Part shown: piece by piece, positions 48,390 to 63,791 of the stretch
Numbering within the stretch: the stretch's first letter is position 1
How the letters are laid out: each line of letters begins with the position of its first letter
NCBI GenBank assembly: GCA_964247055.1
Contig: OZ176058.1
Span: forward strand, 496,001-560,000
From: Paragordius varius
Lineage: Eukaryota; Animalia; Nematomorpha
DNA length: 64,000 bases
Reading direction: 5' to 3'
The notes under the pieces: generated by a model
Told to the model about the DNA's origin: nothing
Databases searched by the model: none
The model's input: only the letters and a program-made list of their open reading frames with translations
Program-made: the position numbers and the translations under genes

Positions 48390-49204
48390 TTAATGTAGAG
48401 TAAAAATGGAAATTATACGGACAAATCGTTAAAATGCAAAGACAAATATTTTTTCTAAAGACAACCATATTTTTCACCTTAATTTTTCTCATATAAATTT
48501 AATTACAAATGAATTGATTATGCTAGTTTTATATGTTTCTATTTTACACTTTGGTATTTAATACAATAAGTTATATTGATATAAATCAAGGTTTAAAAAA
48601 GTATGGTTGTCTTTTGAAAAAAAATATGTCTCTATATTTTAAAGTTTTTGTCCGTATAATTTCAATTTTTATTGTATTATTAAAATTTATAGAAAAATTA
48701 CACTTTGGCGTAATGGTAACCAAAGGATTTAAAATTATTGGTTGTTTTGTATTTTATTAGAATTTAATATAATTTTCTTATATATATGAATACATTTTAA
48801 GAAGGTAATTTTAATATCATGTCATCGTATATTATTATAAAAAAATAATTTATTCCCCCTTGACTTCTTTTAATTATTGTTAAAACATTTATTACCTATA
48901 ATTTGTTAGCTTTTATAGGCCATCTATTTTATTTCTAGTGCTTTTTGTACGGTTGTGTGTTATGTAAAAAACAAATTGACATTATTTTTGCCAACAAGTA
49001 TTAAATAAAATACCATTAATTCGAAACAATTTACAGTATGAGTATATAGTATTCATTGCTAGAAAGTTTTAAATTATTGCTAAATAGCACATGCAACAAA
49101 GAGAATTATTATTAACTTATGGTTATTTTTTCACTTTTTACTTTATTATTAGCCAATAATAATTTTCTTTGCTGGATTTTTGGCAATAATTATCAACTTT
49201 CTAG

Positions 49205-49254
<50 letters not shown>

Positions 49255-50344
49255 TTTACAATTCAAATTCACACTTGATCAATTCAAAATCACCCTCGAA
49301 CAATTCAAATTCAGCCTTGAACTATTCAAATTCACCCTCGAAAAATTCAAATTTACCCTTGAACTATTCAAATTTACCCTAAACAATGCGAATTCACCCT
49401 TCAACAATACAAATTCACCCTAAAAATAAATTATCTGTTTTCGGGCAGCTAATATAACTCTTTATTAATACGAAATATATTTTTATGGCTTAGTTTATTA
49501 TTTTTTCAGTATTAATATAATTACAAACAAAACTTCACCTTTAAAAAATATAAAAAAATAAGGGCAATATTTAATTTTAAAAAACACATATTTTATTTTA
49601 GGGTGATTTAAATTGTTTAAGGGTGAATTTACACATAATTTATTTTAAATAAGGGTACACAGTAATTTCGCGTGTTGATTTAATAATTTTTGTTAAATAA
49701 TCTGATTTTAGATGATAATAAATCTTCTAATTTATCTTAAATTTTTGATTGAACTCCAAATATTTAAGTTTCAAAAATTTTTTTATTGCAGTTTTGAGTA
49801 CCCAACCAAGCGTGTTGAATACCCTTGCTCTAAATAAAAAAATATCGTTTAACAATTATAAAACAAAACAATGGATATGAATTTGATTAAAATTATATTT
49901 ATTTTATATTATAATGTTTTAGGCGATTATTAAAGATAAATACAAAGTAATTAAAATATCGTATTTAACAGATATTCTTATGTCATTTGTTTAAAGTTTT
50001 AGGTATAAAATACTAAATACAAAAAATTTGGCAAACCAAAAAGATGAGATGTATTTAAGAAATTAAGGTTTAAAAATATTATTGACTTAAAACATTATTC
50101 ATTTTTTATTGTAATAGAATAGAAAATGCAACTAATGATTGGGAAATGTTAATCAAAAAGTTGAAACTTAACAGTAAATTGGTGATTCGTGGTAGAATTT
50201 TATGTTTATCGCTACAATAGAAATTTTGCATTGACAAATGAAATAGTTTAAATTATATTACATTAAATAAGAATACAAAATTTTTTTACTGTAATCATTC
50301 AGGGTGTACAATCCTCTATCTATTATTTATTTTATTAATTTTTG

Positions 50345-50387
<43 letters not shown>

Positions 50388-52420
50388 ATATTGCATTATA
50401 AATTTTTATCAATATTATCATATTATAATTTTGGAAATGTATAAAAAATCTTTTATCTGTACATTTTGTAGTTTATTGTTTTCGTAAATATACCATTTAC
50501 AATTCAAATTGACCCTTGAACAATTCAAATTGACCCTAATATATATTATGTGTTTGTCGGGCTAATATTATATGCACCATTAATAAGAAATTTATCTTTA
50601 CGTCATATTTATAAGGTATTTTAATTTTATAAAACACATAATTTATATTAGGGTAATTTAAAGTGATCGAGGGGAATTTGAATTGTTCAAGGGTGAATTT
50701 GTAAAACTGTAAATGGTATATAAGTACAGTTAAAATTGAAATAATTTGACAAGACATGACAACCAAAAGACGCAATTTTTTAATATAGCCCATCATTTTG
50801 GAAAATAGGGAAATAAGAAAAATATTAATGAGCCTTAAAAATGAATGTCTAGTAAAAAAAATATTTAATCAGTTTATACGTATTGGCTTTATTTTAATAT
50901 TTATTTTTGGTATGGTAGAGTATTCATATTTTTACAATTCAAAAACTTGTCCAAATAAATAAAAGAACATATATGTAGGACTTATATATGTTATCATTAT
51001 AGAATCAAAGATAATGGATTATAGATTAATTGATCGTAATTTTAGTTTTTTTGTTTTTTAAAAAGCAGAATTAGTTTGATCTTCGCCGAGTATGTTCTGA
51101 TATTTCATTTCCGTAACATGGAGTCCTCTCTAAATTGCCAAGTAATGTATCCGTGTAACATATATGATCTATTCTGACACGCAAAGGTCGGGTAAAAATT
51201 GGTCCATCTATAAATTATATGCAAAAACGAGTTATTTAAAGAAAATTTACTGTAAAAACTGAAATTATACGGACAAAACGTAAAAATATAAAGTCAAATA
51301 TTTTTTTCTAAAAGTCAATCACACATTTTTTTAGATTTGAATTTTTCTCATATAATTGATTTATTTTCAATTGTAAAATATAGAATTGATTGTTTTAGTA
51401 ATGTATATATCTCTATTTTACACTTTGTTGTTTAAAACAATGAGTTTTAATCAAAAAAAATCAAGATGTATAAAGTATGGATGTCTTTTAGAAAAAAATA
51501 TTTGTCTTTATATTATTAGATTTTGTCCGTATAATTTCAAGTTTAACTGTATTTATTTAAAGCAAATTTTTATCAATTTATAGATAATTATACAATTAAA
51601 CCCAATTATTTAAGTATTAAAAAAAATACACTACGATTTGACTTATACAATTTAATAGAATGTAAAAGTCCGATTATAAAATAGCCATCCTTTTAAGCAA
51701 AGTTTAAAAATAGGAATTCTCTGGACTTTCAGGTCTATTATACAACTTTGATTTTTTTTCTTTTTTGGAAAATCATTATAAACTCCAAAATGTTTTAGGT
51801 TAGCAATTTCTAAAAACAGCCTTATAATATATATTAAGAGGGACAAAGAATATCTTAAAATATATAATTAAATTACCATTTGTTTAAAGTAATTTTTGTA
51901 ACAAATATCGATTTTCAAAAGATTTTATCATAGAAAGTAAATAATTTAATTAATATATTATCTGAAACAGAAATAATTAACAGGTATATAAATATTCTTT
52001 TCCACATCTTAAAATATATGAAAAAAAAGGTAGACTAAAAAATCAAATACTGATTTTTTATGAACTTTCTAGCTCCAGACTGTATCGAGTTAAAAATAGT
52101 ACCACATAAAAACTTACCTGGTTAAATAATTTAATAAATGGATTTTTACCATGGTATAAATAGATTTCTTTATTTGGATAGGTTAATTTAGCCATCTTAA
52201 TATTAGTTGGCCATTAATATGTTAATGTACACTATAATATTAATATTCAATCGAAAAATATTGGTTAATTTGTTTATGAATTTTGAAAATAAAGAGAGAT
52301 AAAAATTAAACTTTTAATTTGATTAGATAATCGGGATTTATTTTTTTAAATTATTATATTATACTTTGAAAAAATTTGTTGGATATAAATATTATAGAGA
52401 AAATTATTTACTGTATAAAC
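48390..52420 (+). repeat. Segmental duplication copy 1
   Basis: Colinear anchors shared with copy 2, e.g. 48690/53790, 50870/55130, 51070/55340, 52050/56300. Confidence 0.8.
50493..50716. mobile_element. Foldback MITE family B copy
   Basis: tata|CCATTTAC...GTAAATGG|tata. Further partial copies near 5190, 8750, 11252, 27332, 34088, 49253 and 54701. Confidence 0.8.
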
Positions 52421-53384
52421 CAAAATTATACTATGGACAAAACGTAAAAATATAAAAACAAATATTTTGTTAAGCCTACTTTTTCAAACCTTAATTTTTC
52501 TTACATAAACTACTTGATTCCACTTTAAAATGATATAAGAGAGTTTACATATCATTTTGCAACCCAAAATAATAAGTAATATTATAAATTATATTTGAAA
52601 AAATATGGTTGTTTTTTAGAAAAAATATTTGCGTTTATATTCTTACGTTTAGTTCATAGTATAATTCCAGTTGTTACTGTATTAACTTAATGCTAATCTT
52701 TTTTTCCATATTTAGATGTTAATTTTTGTTTTTTCATAATAACCATTTATTAATCTTACTGTATATTGTGTTTGAAACGACTTTGTTACATTTTTAGAGT
52801 TTGAAATGCAAAAAATTTATTTTTCATAAGCTATTATGTATTTTTATATATATGGCTGTTCGCGGGAAAAAATAAAAATGCAATCCTTTTAATATTTCAT
52901 AGTTTATAAAATATTTTAATTTAGAACTAATTTATCGAAGAATATAATTTGAATTTAAGTGTAATTACATTTAAAACGTAGCCAGATTTGACTGCTTTTT
53001 TTAAAAAAGTCCGCTTAGACCCGGTCAGACCATGGTCATTACCACTTTTTACTTAAGGTATCATGCGATATTGGAATGTGAAAATATGCTTAAAAGACAC
53101 TTGCGTTTCACGAATAATTTCAAGTTTTTTCTTAAAAGTTTGTATTATACATTTTTTTTATATTTATAATTTACAAATATATTCAATCAAACTATTACAA
53201 GAATTTTAATAAAGAATTGATTATGTTAGTCTTATATGTTTCTATTTTTCACTTTGGTATTTAAAACAATAAGTTATACAGATATATAAATATAGATTTA
53301 AAAAGTATGGTTGTCTTTTGAAAAAAAGATTATCTTCATATTTTCACATTTTATCCGTATATTCTATTTTTTTTATAATTATAT

Positions 53385-56300
53385 AAAAATACGAAAATTG
53401 GAATTATACGGACAAAACGTGAAACATATATTTTTATCTCAAAGACAACCATACTTTTTTCTTCTTGATTTTGTAAAAATAATTCATTGTTTAAATTGCA
53501 AATTATTAAATTGATATGAATTTTATTATGATGTATTTACGATTGTAATTAATTGTTTTTTATTGGATAAATCAAGGTTTAAAAAAGTATGGTTGTCTTT
53601 TAGAAAAATGTATTTTTCAAATTGCAAATTATTAAATTAATTATATTATTATGTATTTACGATTGTAATTAATTGTTTTTTATAGGATAAATATAGATTT
53701 AAAAAATATGGTTGCCTTTTAAAAAAAATATTTGTCTTTATATTTTTACATTTTGTCCGTATAATTTTAATTTTTATTGTATTATTAAAATTTATAGAAA
53801 AATTACACTTTGGCGTAATAACCAAAGGATTTAAAATTATTGGTTGTTTTGTATTTTATTAGAATTTAATATAATTAACTTATATTATAATACATTTTAA
53901 GGGTAATTTTAATATCACATAATTAATATTATTTTATAAGAAAATAATTTATTCTCCCTTGATTTCTTTTTATCTACTCTTTTAATTTTTATAATATATT
54001 AAACTATCTTAAATAGGCCATCTATTTTATTTCTAGCGTTTTTTGAACGGTTTTTTGTTATGTAAAAAACAAATTGACATTATTTTTGCCAACAAGTATT
54101 AAATAAAATACCATTAAATTAATAAATATGACTCTAAAATAAAAAATGTCTTTAGTATCCAAATTTATAAACAATATATATATATATATATATGAGATTA
54201 AATTTTTAAACTTATTTCTTTTATAAGAAAAATATTAACAAATTATTTTTTATGTTTTAGGCGCTATCTAAGATATAAATGCAAATTGATGTTAAATATT
54301 ATAGTAAAAACAAAAATCCTGATATGATCTTAAAACCTCATATACTTAATAATAAATATCTAATAAACACATAAATTGTTCGAGGGTAAATTTCAAGTAT
54401 TAGGTTTAAAATTATGATTGTTTTAAAACATTATTTCTTATATTTAGTGCGTATAATTTCATTTTTTACTGTAATAAGTCAAAAATAATACTAATGCTGA
54501 AATGTTAATTTAGAGTCAAAATAACAGCAAAATCTAATCTCTGTTAAAGATATATTATTTTATAATGAATAAGAGATAAATTTATACCGATAAATAATTG
54601 CTTAAAATTATTTATGCATTTTATAAATTAAATAAATTTTTTCTATTATTCACACTGTGCTATACTCTATCTATTATTTTTAAATATTATAATTATATAA
54701 ACCATTTACAGTTAAAATTTACCCTTGAATAATTCAAATTCACCCTTGAAAAATTCGAATTCACCCCTGAACAATTCAAATTCACCCTTGAACAATTCAA
54801 ATTCACCCCTGAACAATTCGAATTCACCCTAAAATAAATTAGATGTTTATTAATATTAAAAATTACCTTTATTCTATAATATTTGTAAAAATATTAAATT
54901 GTTAAAAATCAATTTGATTTTTAAAAAATTATTAACTATGTCGTAAAAATATGTTTCTTATGATGAGTTATAATATCCCGAAAACACACAAATTATTTTT
55001 AGGGTGAATTTGGATTGATCATAAAATAAATATTTTATCTGTACATTTTGTAGTCAAAATTTATGTTTTCCTAAATATAGATAATCAAGACATAAAAACC
55101 AGAAGACTTAATTCTTCTGAAAAATGTATAATCTGTTTATACGTATTGGCTTTATTTTAATATTTATTTATAGTATGGTATAGTATTCATATTTTTACAT
55201 TTCAAAAACTTTGCCAAATGAATATAAATCATACATGTCAGTATCTTATACATAATTTTTATGTTTTATTGTAAATGGATTATAGATTATTATGATCGTA
55301 ATTTTGGTTTTTTCGTTAAACTTTTTTAAAAAAAAACAGTATTAGTTTGATCTTCGCCGAGTATTTTCTGATATTTCATTCCCGTAACATGGGGTTTGCT
55401 CTAAATAACCAAGTAATGTATCCGTGTAACATATATGATCTATTCTGACACGGATAGGTCGGGTAAAAATTGGTTCAACTATAAATCAGAAAAAATTATA
55501 TGGACAAAACGTGAAAATATAAAGACAAATATTTTTATCTAAAAGACAAATCATACATTGTTAGATTTAAATTTTTCTCATATAATTGATTTATTTACAA
55601 TTATATAATATATAATTGATTGTGTTACCAATATACATCTATATTTTTTATACATTGTTGTTTAAAACAATCACTTATAATCAAAAAAATCAAAATGTAA
55701 AAGGTATGGATGTCTTTTAGAAAAAAATATTTATCTTTTTTAGATTTTGTCCGTATAATTTCAATTTTTACTGTATTTGTGAAAAGCAAATTTATATCAG
55801 TTTTAGATAATTATACAATTAAACCCAATTATTCAAGTATTGAAAAAAATACACTATGATATGACTTATACAATTTAATAGAATGTAAAAGTCCGACTTT
55901 AGAATAGACATCCTTTTAAGCAAAGTTTAAAAATAGGAATTCTCTGGACTTTCAGTCTATTATTCAACTTTCGTAGGATTTTTTATTCTTTTTTATATTT
56001 TTTTGGAAAATCACTATAAACTATAAAATGTTTTTGGTTAGCATATTCTAAAAACAATCATAAAATAATTTTATCAACAATAAATATATATTAAGAGGTA
56101 CAAATTATACCTTAAAATATATAATTAAATTACAATTTGTTTTAAAAAATAAAATTTATAATAATTAATTTAGAAAAAATTTTATCATACATAGTAAACA
56201 ATTTAATTACCTGAAACAGAAATAATTAACAGATATATAAATATACTTTTCCACATCTCAAAATATATGAAAAAAAAGGTAGACTAAAAAATCAAATAAC

Positions 56301-56650
56301 TGATTTTTTATGAACTTCTTAGCTCCAGACTGTATCGAGTTAAAAATAGTACCACATAAAAACTTACCTGGTTAAATAATTTAATAAAGGGATTTTTACC
56401 ATGGTATAAATAGATTTCTTAATTTAGATAGGTTAATTTAGCCATCTTAATATTAGTTGGCCATTAATATGTTAAAGTACACTATAATATTAATATTCAA
56501 TCGTTTATTTATGAATTTTAAAAATAAAGAGAGATAAAAAATAGACTAATTTTAAACATCAGATAATCAAGAATTACTTTTTACTTTTTTTAATTAATAA
56601 ATTATATTTTAAAAAAATTTGTTGGATATAAAAAATTTTAGAAAAAATTA
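53385..56650 (+). repeat. Segmental duplication copy 2
   Basis: See copy 1. Confidence 0.8.
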
Positions 56651-58945
56651 TTTGGATAGCTTAAATTTAATATTTTTAACATTATATTATTTACAGTATG
56701 ATATTATTGAATAATTATTTCTTAATGCTATAATAAAAGTTTTGATTTAAAATTCCTTATTGTTAAATCAAGAAATTATTTATCACAATACAAATCCTCA
56801 ATTTTTTTTACATATATAGTTGGCTGATTTATTCCTTCTTGATTACTCTCATGCTCAATTTAATATTAAATTGTATAATATATGGATATAAATCTTTCAA
56901 CAATGCTCTATCTAATAAAATTGTATAATATATGGATATAAATCTTTCAACAATGTATATTAGTATAAAACAGCTATTAATTAATTTTTCAAACATTTTT
57001 TTTTTTCGATTTAAGTTAATGCCAAAAATATATAACCCAACAATATGTTATAGTAAATAACCATAGTATTATCGATAATATTTGTTTAAATTTCCAAGAT
57101 AACTTCCTTAAAAGTTTTTTATTTATAATATATCTATAAATATTTCTGAATAGTTTAAGTTTTATAACTAAATAAATAATTCCAATGTTATAAAATAAAA
57201 TTATTCCAAAATAAACCCTATTAATTGTTATGGTAAAAGTTGAATTAGTCAAAATAACCCTAAATTGAATTTTATAAAATAAGGATATAAATGTATGGTA
57301 GTTATATTCGTAAACAAGGATTCTAGTCCAATATCTATAAATATACACTAAATATTGCAATTAGACAGGACGTAAAAATAAAAGACATTTTTTTTAAATA
57401 AAATGACATTCATACTTTTTTTAAAATTAAATTTTTTATAAATATGACTTATAGCTTTGGGTTGCGAAACGGGGATTATCTATGTAAAGTGGTTTTTAAC
57501 TTATATAATTACTTTTAATAATATTATAGAGTTTAATTTCAGTGTTTTAAAAGTATGGCTGTTTAAGGCATAAATTATTTGTCCTCAAGTTTTTACGTTT
57601 TATCCGTATAATTTTAATAATTAATATTTATTAACTATTAACTAAACATAGAATAATGTTATAAAACTTAAATTTAAAATAAATATGCCAAAACGTAATA
57701 AATAGAAGTCATATAAATGTGTATAACCATAAAAATCATAAAAATATCAAAATTTTTTCGAATATAACTTAACGTTTTGGGTTTCTCTAAATGGAATAAA
57801 TATTTGGGATACTAAAATATTAAATTTAAAATTGTATTAAAATATTTATGAGGTAAAAATCCAGTTTTAAAAATATTTGGTTGATTCTTTTTGAATTGTT
57901 TTTTAATTTTTTAGGTTGTGTTAGAATAATTATAATTTTTACTTATTAATTATTATAATTTAAAATCGATAAAAATTTTGAAGAAATATTATTAATATGT
58001 AAATTAAATGGCTAAATAATTAGTTATTATATTAAAAATTAATTATATAAATATTAATAAACATTTTAATTAAATTAATTTTAATTAAAATATATATATA
58101 TAAATAAATAATAATAATAATATAAATTATATAAATAATATTTTTTTAGGTTTTTAGTTCAATCCAAATAATTTTATATTATGTTATCTATTTTTCCATT
58201 ATTTTTTAATAAAAAATAATTTTTTTATTGCAAATAAAAAATAAAATATACAGAAATAAATATTTGTTTTATATGTATTACGCATTCCTCAGTGCACACA
58301 TAAACACACAAAATATTTTTATCAATATTTTCATTATTTTTAAATGTTTTTTAATAAATATTTTTTCCACTATTGTGTGTATTGGTTAAAAACATATTTT
58401 TTTTAAATCAATCCCACAATATGATTTTGAGAAATATTTAAATTTAACAATAAAAAATATATATTTATTTTAAGGAAATTTTAATATTCCAGTGTAAGGT
58501 AATTTTTTATATATAAATTTAGTTTAAAATTATTTAGCATAAATTTGTTTTTGGATTTTATTAGGGATATATATTTAAATTTGTATCATACTGTAGTTTT
58601 ATAATTAACATTTGTAATTTTAACGAGTATATATTTTAAAGCTCTAATTTGAAATTTATGTTACATAGTTATGAATTTTTACAATTGAATACAGAATCAT
58701 TTCTGTGGTAAGGTTTTCCAATTTTTTTATTGGAAAATACGGTTTTTGGCATATTACATTTTTTGTAATCAAATAAACTGATTTCAATTCCCTTTTAATT
58801 TGTTGATTTCGCATTATTTTAAATTTACAGAGATAGCCTTAATATTTTATCAATATTGTAAAACTAAAAATATGATAGAAACAGCAAAATATTTCCGACT
58901 AAGACTGTTTGGATTATCGAAATTTACCTCCATTAGTTAAAAATA

Positions 58946-59227
58946 CAGTAAAGATTGAAATTATACGGATAAACCGTAAAATATAAAGACAAATATTTTT
59001 TCTAAAAGACAAGCCTATTTTTTCAAACCATATTTTATCTTACATAAACTACTTGATTAAACTTTAAAATGATATAATTGAGTGTATTAACAATTTACAT
59101 ATCAAGTCCCTATTTTCCACCCAAAAGAATAAGTGATATGAACAAATTGAAATTAAAAAATACGGGGTTGTTTTCCAGAAAAAAATATTTGTCTTAAGTT
59201 TTGTTCGTATAATTTCGATTTTTACTG
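58946..59227. mobile_element. MITE A copy
   Basis: Both TIRs, TA flanks. Confidence 0.8.
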
Positions 59228-59673
59228 TAAAATATGGTCGGATTTAAATTGGAATCGCGGTTTCTCAGAATAATTTTTAACGGTTTCATATTTTTTGTGT
59301 CGAAAAATCAAACTATTCCATAGGAAATTTCTAGTTAATTCAAATTTAATTAATATAAACTGTCAAAAGGTTATTTATTTCTTTTAAAATTATTTCTTAC
59401 TAGATTTAGTTAACTTATTTAAGCTCATTTGCCTAACGCGCATAAAAATATTGGCAAAAGCCCTAAATTTTTACATCCGAACTTTTTGTTTAATTTTTAT
59501 TAGAAATGCGTGAGCAAAAACGTAATGGTTTAATTTAAAAATATTTTTTTATTATAACCGCTCAGATTATAAAATATGCTACGTACATCAATCTTTGTTT
59601 TTAATAACCATCCAATCTTGCAATTATATATTATAAATTCTTTTTTGTTTTTGACATTCGATACCTCAAATTA

Positions 59674-59956
59674 CAGTAACAATTAAAATTATACAGACAA
59701 AATGTAAAAATATACAGACAAATATTTTCATCTAAAAGAACACCATACATTTTTCAAACTCCAATTTTTAAAATATAGCTCATTGTTTCAAATTGCAAAT
59801 TATAAAATTGCTATGCAATCAATTCTTTATATAACAAATGTAATTAAATAGCTTATATAGAAAAAATTAAGGTCTAAAAAAGTATGATTGTCTTTTAGAA
59901 AAAAATATTTGTCTTTATATTATTACGTTCTGTCCGTATAATTTCAGTTTTTACTG
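59674..59956. mobile_element. MITE A copy
   Basis: Both TIRs, TA flanks. Confidence 0.8.
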
Positions 59957-60834
59957 TATATTATATATATATATTTTTGATTTTGACATTCGATAGAACT
60001 CAATTCCTCAAACTAAATCAAAATATTGAAATTTTTTCCAATCTTTAAATCATATTAATTGATAAATAATATTTCGAAATTCAGAATTATTTGTAAATAT
60101 GCGATTTCTTAGTTCGCAAAGGCTTGAGTATGTGAACCATTACTATAAAAATTAACTTTATCCAATAAACATAATTGATATCAATATGAAAGTAAAAATT
60201 AAATTTTAATTAAAAAAAGCTAAAAGATTTAATTCTTGTTTTATCATAATTTATTTGAAATAAAATAATAATTGGTTTTTGTCAAATCGCTGCGGATAAT
60301 ACCATATTTGAATCGTATAAATTCTCTTTATTCTTGTTTTTAAATACTGATATAATGTAATAAATTTAACATATATTTTGGTTTCAAAGATTTTAAGGCA
60401 TATATTTTGGTTATAAATTCATTCCTTATTTGTCTTACTATTTATGTGTGTAAAACTAAATTAACACCTAAACAATTAATCAATAATATATATATATATA
60501 TATATAATTAATATTTATCAAATTATAGTTACTGTATTCATATTATGTGTTTTATAACGGTTTAATGGTAAAATATTTATATTTGTATATTTTTTTATTT
60601 TTTTATTTTTCGAATAGCATTTGTATACTAAAAACGGAATTTTTTTTGTTTTATTAAATTATGGATTATTCAATAAATATTTTCTATTCAAATTGTAAAA
60701 TCATTTCCGAATTTTAGGAGTGAAGTATATATATATATATATATATATATATAATGATTAGTTTTTTCTTTTAGCATGGGGGTGTTAAAAAAGTTTTGAA
60801 AAAAATAATTAAAATAATTTTTTAACACTTCTAT

Positions 60835-60865
<31 letters not shown>

Positions 60866-62047
60866 TTTTATTATACAAATTGATACAGTCTAAAATGAAA
60901 AATACAGTAAAAATTTGAAGATATACATTTTTATTAAAAAAACTAAAAGGAATATTTAATTAAAAAGACAGCCTTTTTAAACCTAATTTTTTATATGAAA
61001 CCCATCTTTTGGGTCTAATGATAAATAAACATGTAAATTGTTAACACACTCAATTATATATTTAAAAATTGTAATTAAACAGTGTAAGTGAGATAAATCA
61101 AGATTTAAAGTAAAAATTGAAATTATACGGACAAAACGTGAAAATATAAAGACAACTATTTTTTTTCAAAAAGGCATCCATATTTTTAATCTTGATTTTT
61201 TAGAATAACTCATTGTTTTAAACTACAAAGCATAATATGTAAAAATGTAAATTGTTAAAACAATCAACTATATATTTTACGATTGTAATAATTTAATGTT
61301 TTTTATAGGATGAATTAAGATTTAAAAAAGTATGGTTGCCTTTTAAAAAAAATTGTCTTTATATTTTTACGTTTTGTCGGTATAATTTCAATTTTACTGT
61401 AATTATTTAGTTTAAGCAAGAAATATCAAGTTTCATAAAAAAGTATATTGCTTTAAAATATTTGCCTTTAATTTTTACATTTATTCTGTACAATTGAAAT
61501 TTTTACTGTATCATAAAAACTTCTGAATTGTATTTCTCCTTTTTATACCATTTTAGAATATGGGTTAGTTTAATGACCATTCCCAAAACAACAATGATGC
61601 TTGGAATTTTTTCTTTTTTTCCAGAATAGATTTATACAAAATTGGAATGTTTAGTAAAAACATTTCTAACTATAATAATGATTAAAAAAAACCTTAAATT
61701 ATCATTTTTTGAACGAAACAAGTGCCTTTGCCTTTACTGCTTAATAAATGAATCAATCTATCAAAAAGAAAAGAGTGGCAATTAACTAACAATAATTATA
61801 TATGACGACCGCATTTGAAAGTGCACTAAAAGCTTTTACACCTCACAACAACACGAATGGTTTGACAGGTAATTCATAATTTTTTTGAGCAAAAAAAATA
61901 TTTTCTTAAACATATATTAAAATTCTGACAAAAACCAAATTATATGATATCGGCAAGGCTGATTTCCGCATTTGTTAATTTTTGGTAAAAAAATAAATTA
62001 CATTTCCTAGATTTTGTGGTCTTATTTTGAAGCTAATATTTATATTA

Positions 62048-62331
62048 CAGTAAAATCTGAAATTATACAGACAAAATGTATAAATATAAAGATAAAAATT
62101 TTTTCTAAAAGACAACCATAATTTTTTAAAATTATAATATTTCCTATATAAAATATTTACCTCTCACTGTAAAGTATATAATTGATGGGGTATCCTAAAC
62201 TGTATTTGTTATATTTTAATTTAAAAAAATCATTTATATTGAAAATAATCAAGATTTAAAAAGTATGGTTGTTTTTTGAGAAAATGTCTTTATATTTTTA
62301 CATCATGTCCGTATAATTACAATTTTTGCTG
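62048..62331. mobile_element. MITE A copy
   Basis: Both TIRs, TA flanks. Confidence 0.8.
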
Positions 62332-62982
62332 TAAATTTGGGTTTTGACTGATCAAAATGTTTTAAAAAGGGTAATTTTCTTAAAATGCATTTTCACAGTC
62401 AAAGGTCGTCAATTAATACCGCTAATGCACTTATAAAGTAAGAATCATCCTAATTGACCTATCGATTCGGTTTATAGTGTGCAAAAATATTTTAATATCA
62501 ATCAAATATTTTTACTTCACAATTTTTATTTATCATCCATCATTTATCTTTCAATACTCTAAATTTTATGCAAATTTATACAATTACAACCCTGATAGTC
62601 AATTAAATAAAATTTTATAAAATAATTAATAAAATTTTTTATATTATCTCATAAAATCTTAAATATACCCTTATACCTATATGAAAGATTAAAATTTTAG
62701 AGGTGCAATAAAAATAAAATTATTATCTCAAAACCAATTAACATGCGTTTATTATTAGTTGCAGGAGATATATTTAGATTAAAATTATACTTAACTTAAT
62801 CAATTTTTTTTAAAACAATAGTCCTTATTATATAAATATAACAGAATGATCGTTTTTTCGAAATGAAAATTAAGAGTTAATAACATTCAATTATATAATC
62901 TTAAATTGTACTTTTTTAGTAATGTTGATAAAAAATCAAAGTCAAAGGCTCTTTTAGAAAAAAAAAATTTTTATAAGTGGCG

Positions 62983-63013
<31 letters not shown>

Positions 63014-63632
63014 TTTGATAAAAAAACTAATTTCCCAATCAAAAATAAATCCACGGAAATTTTACATTGAAATGGTCATATTTGTAAATGTTTCAGGGTT
63101 CCTGTCGAGCAATAAATACAAAATTGATTGCAGATCTAAGTTTTTTAACATTGATTATACGGAATAAAACAAAAATGTTTAGGGAAAAAAATGTTAAAAG
63201 ATGTGTAACATCTTATGTATTGTGTGAATATGAAAGGTAGGTTAAAAACTTGCAGTAAAAATTAAAATTAAACGGACAAAACCTAAAAATATAAGGGAAA
63301 CACCATAAATTAATGTTTATTTTTTAAAAAAATGATTGTTTTCAATTGCAAAATATGAAAGCGAGAAATAAATTGGTAAACAATTAATTATATTTAAAAT
63401 TGTTATAAATGATTTTTATAGGATTTAACGTTTAACAAAGTAGGGTTGTTTTTTGAAAAAATTGCCTTCTGTATAATTTTAATTTTTACTGTATTATAAG
63501 ATTAACAAATACACAAAAAACAAAAGAATATTTAAATGAAAAAAAATGATTAGTACATGGTTAAAAAATATGTTAAATTTGTAAGTAGATACAACAGAAA
63601 GGATTCATCAAGGGTAGTATATGGTGTATTTA

Positions 63633-63791
63633 CAGTAGCGTATGGTGTAAAACAATAAATTAATCCATAAAAAATAAAAAATATTTTTTTTAAATATGGA
63701 TATGTCTATATAACAACTAGGGTGGTTTTTTTAAAAAAAGCATTTTTTTCTTCTTTTATGAACTAATCTTGTTTTAAGCCATACGCCACTG
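63633..63791. mobile_element. Small TA-flanked MITE with CAGTRGCGTATGG TIR
   Basis: ta|CAGTAGCGTATGG ... CCATACGCCACTG|ta. Confidence 0.45.

Noticed and set aside
57016-57360. 114-aa minus-strand ORF
   Set aside because: AT-only codons (I/Y/F/N/K/L), no motif and no convincing splice context. The same applies to the ORFs at 15917, 22174, 23709, 46737, 48533, 51386, 51652 and 53311, which mostly overlap MITEs.
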